NCBI GenBank assembly: GCA_039208465.1
Contig: JBCCRB010000001.1
Location: 1-35,518, forward strand
DNA length: 35,518 bases
Source: Pseudomonadota bacterium
GTDB taxonomy: Bacteria > Pseudomonadota > Alphaproteobacteria > Rhizobiales > Rhizobiaceae
Direction of reading: 5' to 3'
In this document: positions 18,250 through 26,317 of the stretch, piece after piece
Position numbering within the stretch: the first letter of the stretch is position 1
Layout of the letters: every line of letters begins with the position of its first letter
Translations under genes and position numbers: made by a program
Notes under the pieces: generated by a model
The model's database searches: none
The model's input: the letters and a program-made list of their open reading frames with translations, nothing else
What the model was told of the DNA's origin: nothing

Positions 18250-18822
18250 TTACGGTCTTCTACGATCCCTTTTTTTGACTGTGCCATCGATCGACTTTGC
18301 AAGGAAAACACCGCTTAAAATGTCGTCTACGGTTTCCTTGATTGATCTTTCCAAGCTGGATGAATCAGCGTGCAACCCTTCAAGCGACGTGATGATTGGC
18401 GCGCCATTGCTGGCAGACAGCACTTCACCATCTGCGTCCTGCCTATAGATGACGTAGTTATAGGCTGCTGGCTTTGGAAACTGAGGTTCCTGAGCAATTC
18501 TAACACTAAACAGCAAACTGAGTAGTTTGGAGGGCAGTACGCCTTCTGCCTTATAATCGTAAGTCCAGTTCCTAACTTCGAGTGCGACCTTCTCCGCAGT
18601 AGCGCGCTCCTCTATGAGGCGCATAACCTGATTTGTGAGCTGCGGGCCTAGTGTCTCCCTTTCCTCGCGATTACTGATAACACTCACATGCACAACAATG
18701 TGCGTCGGGTTCCCGCGAAACACCTTATTTATAGATGTTGCATTTGCTGGCCCCAAACCTGCAAAAAAGACAGCGATGCAGAAAGCTGCGGCATGCAAAA
18801 AGTGTCGGTAAGTTAGTCTCAT
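18250..18822 (-). CDS. Hypothetical secreted protein (Sec signal peptide), no family recognised
   Basis: N-terminus MRLTYRHFLHAAAFCIAVFFAGLGPANA|TS looks like a cleavable signal peptide. The stop lies 45 nt upstream of the RTX protease start. GC is low (about 45% on sample lines). It is the only long ORF here, with no competing gene on the other strand. Confidence 0.55.
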   Translation of the reverse strand: MRLTYRHFLHAAAFCIAVFFAGLGPANATSINKVFRGNPTHIVVHVSVISNREERETLGPQLTNQVMRLIEERATAEKVALEVRNWTYDYKAEGVLPSKLLSLLFSVRIAQEPQFPKPAAYNYVIYRQDADGEVLSASNGAPIITSLEGLHADSSSLERSIKETVDDILSGVFLAKSIDGTVKKRDRRRP

Positions 18823-18884
18823 TTGTTTACCTGATGCCTTTATGTAAGTATCGGTGAACAGCTTTATTCTCCGAAAATTTCCGA

Positions 18885-18975
18885 AGCTCTCCGCGCCATA
18901 AAAGCATCGCTGCCGAAAGCGGGCTGCTCACATGTTTATGAAAAGCTTTAAGCATCAAATGTCTGCCCGTTGACC
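18885..18975 (-). pseudogene. Degenerate copy of the leader plus signal-peptide region of the lipoprotein gene
   Basis: Minus strand CAACGGG-CAGACATTTGATG...GCTTTTCATAAACATG...GGCAGCG aligns with CAACGGGGCAGACATTTGATG...GCTTTGCGTAAGCACG...GGCAGCG at 20275-20365. The first 16 nt match exactly, and by eye roughly two thirds match over about 90 nt. Indels break the frame, leaving only a 30-codon ORF. Confidence 0.5.
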
Positions 18976-19056
18976 GTATTCATACAAATCATCTTACACC
19001 TCACAAGCAACCTTCAGGTGAAACAGGCAGCTTTCACACTGTTGTCACGCTGTAGA

Positions 19057-19617
19057 TCAATGGCACGTCATCGACGCCAATTCGCGGCCCGCCACAAATC
19101 CGGCCAACCCGCCACCCATCGAATGCCCGGTCAGCGTAATATCGGCATCGGCAAGGTCACTGAGCGTCAGATCCGAGACAGACTTGCTCAGTTGGCTGGC
19201 GACGACCGACTTGTAGAATTCCACAGCAAGCCCGGCTTGCGTGGCATCGTAAGATCCTGCGCCTAGTCCCCATCCATAGAATCGGTCACCACCGCCAGAA
19301 ACGCTATCGGAAAACAGCGAGTTATTGTCCGTCCCGCGAAAAGAGATGATGATGTCGCCGGTCTCATAGCCGTCGATCGCACTGCCATCGGTAACCTGAT
19401 ACGAGACGGCGTAGAAGCCGGCGGCTTGGGCTCCATCTGGCAGATCGATATCGAGCACAGCAATGCTGCCGAGCGTGCTTGCTGTTCCGCCAAGCCCATC
19501 CGCGTCAAACCCATTTGCGTCCGTTGGTCCAGTGCCGTCCGCCACACCGGCTCCATAGCCACGGTTATACGCATCCATCGCGAGTTGCGCGAGGAAGACA
19601 TCCTTAGAGATCGTCAT
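19057..19617 (-). CDS. Class-3 lipase-like alpha/beta hydrolase fragment, C-terminally truncated (probable pseudogene)
   Basis: LAQLAMDAYNRGYG N-terminus, IISFRGTD strand and nucleophile elbow ITLTGHSMGGGLAG. The ORF stops 14 codons after the elbow, so the downstream Asp/His part of the fold is absent. No continuation is visible in any frame of the AT-rich DNA that follows. Confidence 0.6.
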   Translation of the reverse strand: MTISKDVFLAQLAMDAYNRGYGAGVADGTGPTDANGFDADGLGGTASTLGSIAVLDIDLPDGAQAAGFYAVSYQVTDGSAIDGYETGDIIISFRGTDNNSLFSDSVSGGGDRFYGWGLGAGSYDATQAGLAVEFYKSVVASQLSKSVSDLTLSDLADADITLTGHSMGGGLAGFVAGRELASMTCH

Positions 19618-19629
19618 TTATTGCCCCTT
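19611..19629 (-). repeat. Shared translation-initiation sequence, copy at the lipase-fragment start
   Basis: The minus strand reads AAGGGGCAATAAATGACGA. See the copy at 18198-18217. Confidence 0.7.
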
Positions 19630-19674
19630 TTCAGTTTTACTGGTTTGCCCCAATTGGTGTTTGAGTTGATTGAA

Positions 19675-20343
19675 TTAGTCGCTGATCAAATCGCCATGTT
19701 TGACCCGACGGCAAAAAGGAATATCCGTTACTCGACCAGTCGAAGGACAAAGGCCCGGCTCAGGATAACCGCTGTACCAATCGATAAGCGCCTCCACCTT
19801 GCCCTCGGTGGTCGGTTCATTGGTGATTTCCAATGTGATGGACTGCAGTGCGTAGTCAGCGCCAAAGCTGGCCGCCAGATCGTCCGCCTCAACGCGCTTG
19901 ACGCTGGCCGGATCATTGATGTTATTGAAGGTCACCAGGCGCGGTCGGCAATTCCCTTCCAATGGAACGGCACCCTTGTTCCGCGCCACCTTACGCGCCC
20001 CATCGGGCCACCATTTGTCGGCGCCCCAATCAATGGCGCATTGCGCTGTGCCGCCGGCGCCCAGAAGGCCGAACAGATATTGGCCGTCGCCGAGATCAAC
20101 CACCACCGCCTCGCCGGAAACGGCTGAACCGACACCGCGTGCTTCCGGTGGATTGAATAAAAAACCTTCCCGCTTTTTGGCAATGATGGCCCGCGTCACG
20201 CTTGAGCCACTCTTCACCCCGTCCGGCGTGTCGACATGGATGGTGATCTTCTGGTTCCACGAAACCTGCTCACCGCAACCGGCAAGAAACAGCGCGCTGC
20301 CAAAAAGCGCAATAAGTGCGTGCTTACGCAAAGCGTACTTCAT
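19675..20343 (-). CDS. Hypothetical lipoprotein
   Basis: MKYALRKHALIALFGSALFLAGC carries a lipobox (LAGC). I prefer ATG 20343 over the track start at 20400. It lies 57 nt upstream of the lipase fragment on the same strand. No family recognised. Confidence 0.65.
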   Translation of the reverse strand: MKYALRKHALIALFGSALFLAGCGEQVSWNQKITIHVDTPDGVKSGSSVTRAIIAKKREGFLFNPPEARGVGSAVSGEAVVVDLGDGQYLFGLLGAGGTAQCAIDWGADKWWPDGARKVARNKGAVPLEGNCRPRLVTFNNINDPASVKRVEADDLAASFGADYALQSITLEITNEPTTEGKVEALIDWYSGYPEPGLCPSTGRVTDIPFCRRVKHGDLISD

Positions 20344-20513
20344 CAAATGTCTGCCCCGTTGGCTGGATGCATGGCAATCAGCGGGTATACCACAAGCCAT
20401 GATGAGACGATGGACTGTTTACTCACGTCCGTCTCACGCCGTGGCTCAATGGAACGTCACCGGAGCCAATTCGCGGGAAGCCAAGAAGTCTTTCGTGGAA
20501 CCCCTTTAAAACC

Positions 20514-20537
20514 GGGCCGGCCCCGAAAGGCCGGCCC
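20514..20537 (-). terminator. Rho-independent terminator downstream of the dihydroxyacetone kinase gene
   Basis: GGGCCGGCC (20514-20522) and GGCCGGCCC (20529-20537) form a 9-bp GC stem with a 6-nt loop. It is flanked by TTTT on the minus-strand side (GGTTTTAAA) and TTTTT on the plus side. It begins 8 nt after the gene's stop codon. Confidence 0.65.
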
Positions 20538-20544
20538 TTTTTGC

Positions 20545-22203
20545 TCACTGGTACAGGGAGGAACTTAAGTGAGCATGGATGGGTGTTTGGGCGATGGCTT
20601 CAAACAAGCGCGCAACGGCTTCGGCGCCAGGGTCGATGACGCCTTCCAACTGATCGGCATTGAGATAAGCGGACCGGCCGGCATGGGCTTTGCGCATTGA
20701 CGCGGTCTTGTTTGCGCCGGTGCGCGCGGCTGTTGCCGCCTCCTGTGCGCCGAGCGGAAAAGCCTCAAGGGCCGGGCGGAGCGCGTCGACCATGGTGCGA
20801 TCGCCAAGCTTTGCGCCGCCGACCTCCTGCATCCGCGCCAAGCCTTTTTGCAGCGCTTGCATCATATCGGCGCCTTTCGCGGATGCATCGGCGGCGGCAG
20901 AGAACAGGATCGCCAGCAGCACGCCGGAGGAACCGCCCATGGTCTGGCTGAGCTCCTGCCCGATCGCGCGCAGCAAGGCCGTATCATCGCGCAAGGGCAG
21001 ATCGTCGATCGATGTGAGTAAAGCGCGGGCCGCTGTTGCGAGCGTCGACCCGGTATCACCGTCACCGGTCTTGGCATCCAAGGCGTTCAGGTCGGCTTCG
21101 GCCGCGATCAGCGCGCCGCAACAATGGCGGATAAAGGCCGATTTTTCGGGATCGGCCGAGGCCAGTGCTTTTGGCGGCGCCAGGCCATCGGGCACCGCGG
21201 CAATGCGCGGCGCTGAAAATTGGTGCAGGCCCGGCCATGCGCTGACCGAGGTGGGCGCTGCCAGCAGGATCTCATCCTCCACAGACATTGGATAGATCGA
21301 GATGGAGAAGCCATGCATGTCGAGCGCGGTCATCATCGGCGCGGGGCCGATGATATGCGAGAGCTGAAACCCGATGGACGAGTTGATGAGTTCGGTTGCC
21401 AGCAGGCTCATCTCAAGCGCGGTGGTGCCGCCCAGATTGTTGAGGAGGACGGCGTAATGGCCGTCATTCATCAGGGGCTTGAGCCTTGCGACGGCATCGG
21501 TGACGGCCTGGCGCGCGCCCTCAAACGGTAGTATGTCAGCGCCCGCCTCGCCGTGAATGCCGAGCCCCATCTCAATCTGGCCAGGGGCGACGCGCGTTGT
21601 CTTTGGTGAGCCCGGGATCGTGCAGGTGTCGAGCGACATGCCGATGGTCATGGCCCCTGTTGCGGCGCGCCGCGCGGCGCGGGTGACATCAGCCAAAGTA
21701 CCGCCTGCGTCGGCAACGCCGCCAGCGATCTTGTGCGCAAACAGCGTGCCGGCAACGCCGCGCGGCTTGGGCGCACCCGGCAGGGCAATGTCATCTTCCA
21801 GGATGATCATTTCCACCTTGAGGCCGAGCGCGCGTGCCCGTTCGGCGGCAAGGCCAAAATTGAGCCGGTCGCCGGTGTAGTTTTTAACGATCAGCAGGCA
21901 GCCCGGCTCGCCGGTCACCGCAAGGATGCCGGCCAGCACAGCATCAACCGACGGGGACGCAAAGACATCGCCACACACGGCCGCCGTCAGCATGCCTTTA
22001 CCGACAAAACCGGCATGGGCCGGTTCATGTCCGGACCCGCCACCGGAAACGATCGCGACCTTCGATTTGTCCCAATCAGCGCGCGCCACGACCCGAATAA
22101 AGGGGTAGCCGTCCAGGCGCAGCAATTGGCCGCCGGAAGCGGATGCAAGGCCATCGACAGCTTCCTGGACGATGTCTTCTTTTGCGTTGGAAAAGTGGTT
22201 CAT
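20545..22203 (-). CDS. Dihydroxyacetone (glycerone) kinase, fused DhaK (Dak1) + DhaL (Dak2) domains
   Basis: VSGGGSGHEPAHAGFVGKGMLTAAVCGDVFASPS is the Dak1 signature and DAKTGDGDTGSTLATAA is the Dak2 nucleotide-site motif. The 552 aa length fits single-chain ATP-dependent DAKs. Confidence 0.9.
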   Translation of the reverse strand: MNHFSNAKEDIVQEAVDGLASASGGQLLRLDGYPFIRVVARADWDKSKVAIVSGGGSGHEPAHAGFVGKGMLTAAVCGDVFASPSVDAVLAGILAVTGEPGCLLIVKNYTGDRLNFGLAAERARALGLKVEMIILEDDIALPGAPKPRGVAGTLFAHKIAGGVADAGGTLADVTRAARRAATGAMTIGMSLDTCTIPGSPKTTRVAPGQIEMGLGIHGEAGADILPFEGARQAVTDAVARLKPLMNDGHYAVLLNNLGGTTALEMSLLATELINSSIGFQLSHIIGPAPMMTALDMHGFSISIYPMSVEDEILLAAPTSVSAWPGLHQFSAPRIAAVPDGLAPPKALASADPEKSAFIRHCCGALIAAEADLNALDAKTGDGDTGSTLATAARALLTSIDDLPLRDDTALLRAIGQELSQTMGGSSGVLLAILFSAAADASAKGADMMQALQKGLARMQEVGGAKLGDRTMVDALRPALEAFPLGAQEAATAARTGANKTASMRKAHAGRSAYLNADQLEGVIDPGAEAVARLFEAIAQTPIHAHLSSSLYQ

Positions 22204-22231
22204 CTGTTTTCGTGCCCTGACCGAAATGTCT

Positions 22232-22253
22232 GGGGCGGCGCGAACGCCGCCCC
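22232..22253 (-). terminator. Intercistronic GC hairpin between the SBP and DAK genes (no clear U-tract)
   Basis: GGGGCGGCG-CGAA-CGCCGCCCC gives a 9-bp stem and a tetraloop. With no T-run after it on the minus strand, it is more likely an attenuator or processing/stability element than a full terminator. Confidence 0.35.
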
Positions 22254-22266
22254 CCGACCCGCCCCC

Positions 22267-23442
22267 TTAGTTTATGGCGCTGTTGTAGAAATTGGCTTCG
22301 ACGTCATCCATGTCGACGGCCGCCAGATCATCGGGCAGCTGGTAGTTCATGGCGTCGGCCTTGACCTGGTCCCTGTCGAAATCATTGCCTTCGGCGATGA
22401 AGTCGTTGAGGACAAAGTTGCCGGCTTCAATGTCGGTGGAGAGCAGCCCGATCTCCTTTTGGATGTCGAAGAATTTCTGGAACCCGGCGATGTCGTGCTC
22501 GCCCCACCCGGCGCGTTGCGTCATGTCGCCTTTAAAGGTGCGGTGGATCTGCATCAGGCTTTCGGTGCCTGGACGCGGTCCAAAGCCCTGTTTGGTGGCG
22601 GGCAGCGCCTTGAACACGATGTCGGTGGCCGCGCGCGGATTGTGTTCGGCGAACTCGTGGCCCATCGCCATGCCCTTCACATAGCTTTGCAGGAAGGCTT
22701 TGCGGTCCGGGTCCTCAAGGTCTGAGCGGCGCACGACCTGCGAGTTGGACGGCAGGGGTGAGCCGCGCATGCCCATCCAATAGTCAAATTTCTGGTTGTT
22801 CTTTTCCAAGAGCGCGCGCAGGCCCTCCCAGGCCAGGCAGGCGTCGCCTTCACCAGCGGCCAGCGCGGCGGTCCAATTGGGGAAGCCAGCTTCGACATAA
22901 TTGACCTTGGAGACATCGACGCCGACGGCGCGGAGCATCGGGTCGGCAATCGACTGCCACGCGGCAGAGCCCAACAGCACCGTCTTGCCCTCCAGGCCCT
23001 TCAGATCGGTCATGCCCTCACCCTTGCGAAAGGCGATGTTGAATAGATCGAGATAGCCAGTGCCGAAAATCGAGACCAAACCCATGCCGGACTCAATGGA
23101 GTTGCCCAAAATGCCGGGCGCGGGAAAGCCCATATCGGCCTGTCCCACGGACACAAATTGTACAACGGCGGTGCCGCCGGGCGGGCCGGGTTCGAGCTTC
23201 ACGTCGACGCCGAGATCGCCGAAATAGCCCATCTCCTGGGCGACCCAGATCGCGTAATCATCCATGACCTCGATCGTGCCACGCGGTGAGATCCAGGTAT
23301 GGGGCGACGAATAGCCCGCTGCGCGCGCGGCACCGGTCGACAGAAAGCTGCCGCCCATTGCGGTTGCCGTAACCACGCCGGCGCCGCCGACCTGTAAGAA
23401 TGTGCGCCTTGAGACGCCTGCCTTGTTGGGGAAATTGACCAT
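22267..23442 (-). CDS. ABC transporter substrate-binding protein, NMT1/THI5-like (NitT/TauT family), Tat signal
   Basis: The twin-arginine leader SRRTFLQVGGAGVVTATAMG...AARA and the operon context with a NitT/TauT-type permease and ATPase support the call. ATG 23442 has a GGAGGA RBS 7 nt upstream and is preferred over the GTG at 23457. Confidence 0.8.
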   Translation of the reverse strand: MVNFPNKAGVSRRTFLQVGGAGVVTATAMGGSFLSTGAARAAGYSSPHTWISPRGTIEVMDDYAIWVAQEMGYFGDLGVDVKLEPGPPGGTAVVQFVSVGQADMGFPAPGILGNSIESGMGLVSIFGTGYLDLFNIAFRKGEGMTDLKGLEGKTVLLGSAAWQSIADPMLRAVGVDVSKVNYVEAGFPNWTAALAAGEGDACLAWEGLRALLEKNNQKFDYWMGMRGSPLPSNSQVVRRSDLEDPDRKAFLQSYVKGMAMGHEFAEHNPRAATDIVFKALPATKQGFGPRPGTESLMQIHRTFKGDMTQRAGWGEHDIAGFQKFFDIQKEIGLLSTDIEAGNFVLNDFIAEGNDFDRDQVKADAMNYQLPDDLAAVDMDDVEANFYNSAIN

Positions 23443-23518
23443 TAAACTGTCCTCCACTCATTTCCGCTTGCGTTATGTGTGGCGGGCCTGCCGAGCGGTG
23501 CAGCAGACCGCCCGACTA

Positions 23519-24376
23519 TCAGCTTTCCCAACCGGCGAGGCGTTTGCCCAACCAGGAGAAAAATACGTAGATCAGGATGCCCATGATCGCGAGAATGAGA
23601 ATGACCGCGAAGAATTCGGCCGTGCGCAGGGTCGACGAGAATGTTGTCAGTTTGCTGCCGAGGCCAAATCCGCCGCCCGACATTTCCGCGCCAATGGCGG
23701 TGATGACCGAGAAAATCGCGCCCATCATGAGGCCGACAATGATCATCGGCATCGCCATCGGGATCCGGATTTTCGTGAAGATCTGCAGCGTAGTCGCACC
23801 GTAAGAGCGCGCTAACGCAATTTTGCCAAGGTCAACGCGGCGAAAGCCCGTGGCGGAATTGATCATCACCATCGGACCGGCGGCCAGTGCCACGGCGATG
23901 ATGCGTGGCGCATAGCCAAACCCGAAATTGAGGATCAGCAGCGGCACCAGCGCGAGCATTGGCGTTGTGACGAGCAACAGAATGTAGGGCGTAATGATCT
24001 TTTCCACGAACGGGAATTGCGTGATCACCGCAGCCAGGATCATCCCGATTGTGGCGCCGATGGTGAAGCCAACGCTGAGCTCGACGAGCGTATAACCAAG
24101 GTGCGGGGCGATCTCGTCAAAATGCACAAAGAGCGCGGTGACGATCGCTGAAGGGGTCGGCATCACGAACTCCTTGACCTCAAAGAATCGGAGCAGGAAT
24201 TCGGCACCACCGATGATCACCACCGCTACGCCGATGATGGCCAGTACTTCGGTCATGTTTTGAATGCCCAAGCCACCGCTAAGGCCGCCGCCCATGGCGT
24301 TCACGCTTGATTGACCCTCGCTGTTGCCCTCATTGCCAAAGCTTGGGATTTTATTGGCAATCGCATCGTTGCTCAT
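23519..24376 (-). CDS. ABC transporter permease (NitT/TauT family)
   Basis: A multi-TM protein of about 285 aa, with an EAA-like loop ARSYGATTLQIFTKIRIPMAMP. Confidence 0.85.
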   Translation of the reverse strand: MSNDAIANKIPSFGNEGNSEGQSSVNAMGGGLSGGLGIQNMTEVLAIIGVAVVIIGGAEFLLRFFEVKEFVMPTPSAIVTALFVHFDEIAPHLGYTLVELSVGFTIGATIGMILAAVITQFPFVEKIITPYILLLVTTPMLALVPLLILNFGFGYAPRIIAVALAAGPMVMINSATGFRRVDLGKIALARSYGATTLQIFTKIRIPMAMPMIIVGLMMGAIFSVITAIGAEMSGGGFGLGSKLTTFSSTLRTAEFFAVILILAIMGILIYVFFSWLGKRLAGWES

Positions 24377-24383
24377 GGTGATG

Positions 24384-25172
24384 TCACTCCGCTGCCAGCG
24401 CCCGGGCGCCAGCGCTTGGCTGGTGTTGGATTTCTGATTTGATTTCGTTGACGAGATCGAAGAATTCTCTTGTTTCCATCAGCTTGAGCGGCCGAGGCCG
24501 TTCAAATGGAACCTCGAAGACCTTGTGCATGCGGCCGGGGCGGGCGCTCATCACATGCACCTTGTTGGACAGGAAAACCGCTTCCTGGATGCTGTGCGTG
24601 ATCAGCACGATGGTCTTGCGAGTCTCCTCCCAGATTTCCTCCATCAGGAGGTTCATCTCATCGCGGGTAAAGGCATCGAGCGCACCGAAGGGTTCATCCA
24701 TCAACAGGACATCGGGGTCAGAAGCCAAGGCCCGCACGATGGAGGCGCGCTGCTGCATGCCTCCGGATAATTCACGCGGCATGCGCGGGCCAAAGCCGCC
24801 CAGACCCACACGCTCAAGAAGCGCGTCGATCTTGCCAAACTTTGGCTTCTTTCCGCGGATCTCGAACGGAAACTCGATGTTCTTCTGGACCGTTCTCCAG
24901 GGCAAAAGATTAGCCTCCTGGAACATCATGCCGATCTGCGGATGCGGTCCGTCGATCGGTTTGCCGTTCAATTCAATCGAGCCTTTCGTCAACTCGTGCA
25001 GACCCGACATTGACCAGAGCAGTGTCGTTTTCCCGCAGCCGGACGGTCCGACCAGCGAGACGAACTCGCCTTCGGCGATCTCCAGGTTGATGTTGTCCAG
25101 CGCCAGCAGGCCACCTGAGTTGGTGCCGTAAATCTTGGTCGCCGACCGGACTGCGAGTTTCGGAAGTTTCAT
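24384..25172 (-). CDS. ABC transporter ATP-binding protein (NitT/TauT family)
   Basis: Walker A GPSGCGKTT, signature LSGGMQQR and Walker B LLMDEPFGALD. Confidence 0.9.
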   Translation of the reverse strand: MKLPKLAVRSATKIYGTNSGGLLALDNINLEIAEGEFVSLVGPSGCGKTTLLWSMSGLHELTKGSIELNGKPIDGPHPQIGMMFQEANLLPWRTVQKNIEFPFEIRGKKPKFGKIDALLERVGLGGFGPRMPRELSGGMQQRASIVRALASDPDVLLMDEPFGALDAFTRDEMNLLMEEIWEETRKTIVLITHSIQEAVFLSNKVHVMSARPGRMHKVFEVPFERPRPLKLMETREFFDLVNEIKSEIQHQPSAGARALAAE

Positions 25173-25210
25173 GGCTCTTCTCGATCAGGTGAGGGTTGCA
25201 GGACGCGCGG

Positions 25211-26317
25211 CTATTGCCGCCCTGTCTGGTTTGAGGTGCGATATTCGAGAACATTTTCGTTGGCCTGTGCGGCCAGCAGTTCGCTGAGGTGGCGGTCCAC
25301 TTGTTCCATGTAACCGGGCTCAAACCCGTTCAGGCCCATGTGGCCTTCTTTGGTCTCGATAACGCGGATTTTGGCACCCGAAATCAGGCGACAATCTTCC
25401 TCGTGCTCGTTCGGCGGGAAGAAGAGGTCGTGGCTGATCGGCATAATCGATGTGATCGCCGTAATGCGCCCAAGGGCGGCAGCAAGGTCGCCGCCGGTGT
25501 GGCGGGCCACATCGGACCGTCGCCATTTGTGCATTTCGCAAAGCAGGACATTGGGGTCCATCGGCTCGAAATAGGCTTTCATCACGCCATTGATGAAATC
25601 GTCGAGCGACGACATGCCGAGCACAGACTGCCAGCGTTTTTCCTGGTAAAACTGCGTCGACCAACCGAGGGTGGCGACGATTTTTGCCAAGCGGTCCATG
25701 CCGTCGCGCACGTCTGATCCCCGCGCATACCAGCCATTGGCCCAGTTCGGATCGGCCATGATCGCCTCTTCCAGCGCCTGAACGAAGATTTCCTGGTGCA
25801 TGGAGATCCGTGCCGTTGCGGCAATCGGCGCGGCGCGCTTGACCATGTCAGGGTAGACAACGGACCATTCATAGACCTGCTGGCCACCCATTGAGCCGCC
25901 GACAATCAAGGCGAGTTCCTTGATCCCGAAGTGCTCAGTGACCAGCTTGTGCTGCGCGGTCACATCATCACCGGTGCTCAGCTTCGGGAATTTCGCCATT
26001 GCCTGAGGCGCTGGTGTGTTTTGCGGTGAGGATGACAGGCCGCCGCCCAGCTGGTCGGCGATGATGATGAAATACTTGCTCGGATCAAGCGCGTGATCCT
26101 CACCAACATAGACATCCTGCATCACCTTGCCGGTGCCGGAGAACCAGGTGGTCACCAGGATTGCATTGGATTTGTCAGCGTTGAGGGTTCCGAATGTCCG
26201 GTAAGCGAGCTTGGCACCACGCAGCGTTTCGCCGCTCTCAAGCAGCAGGTCGCCGAGTTCAAACAGTTCAAAAACGCCTTGGACTTCGGGTGAGTAAAAC
26301 GGGTTGTCGATGGGCAT
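25211..26317 (-). CDS. MetX-like alpha/beta-fold acyltransferase/hydrolase (homoserine O-acetyltransferase family)
   Basis: GETLRGAKLAYRTFGTLNADKSNAILV and the nucleophile elbow GGSMGGQQ in a protein of about 370 aa fit the MetX family layout. ATG 26317 is preferred over the TTG at 26323. The physiological substrate is not inferable. Confidence 0.7.
   Translation of the reverse strand: MPIDNPFYSPEVQGVFELFELGDLLLESGETLRGAKLAYRTFGTLNADKSNAILVTTWFSGTGKVMQDVYVGEDHALDPSKYFIIIADQLGGGLSSSPQNTPAPQAMAKFPKLSTGDDVTAQHKLVTEHFGIKELALIVGGSMGGQQVYEWSVVYPDMVKRAAPIAATARISMHQEIFVQALEEAIMADPNWANGWYARGSDVRDGMDRLAKIVATLGWSTQFYQEKRWQSVLGMSSLDDFINGVMKAYFEPMDPNVLLCEMHKWRRSDVARHTGGDLAAALGRITAITSIMPISHDLFFPPNEHEEDCRLISGAKIRVIETKEGHMGLNGFEPGYMEQVDRHLSELLAAQANENVLEYRTSNQTGRQ

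Noticed and set aside
19426-20127. 233-aa plus-strand ORF across the lipase/lipoprotein genes
   Set aside because: It spans two minus-strand ORFs that have real features (GHSMGG elbow, lipobox) and crosses their intergenic gap. It is Arg-rich and has no motifs.
21733-22725. 330-aa plus-strand ORF
   Set aside because: It is antisense to the dihydroxyacetone kinase gene and the SBP gene and even bridges their intergenic hairpin. It has no recognisable motifs and is a high-GC shadow ORF.
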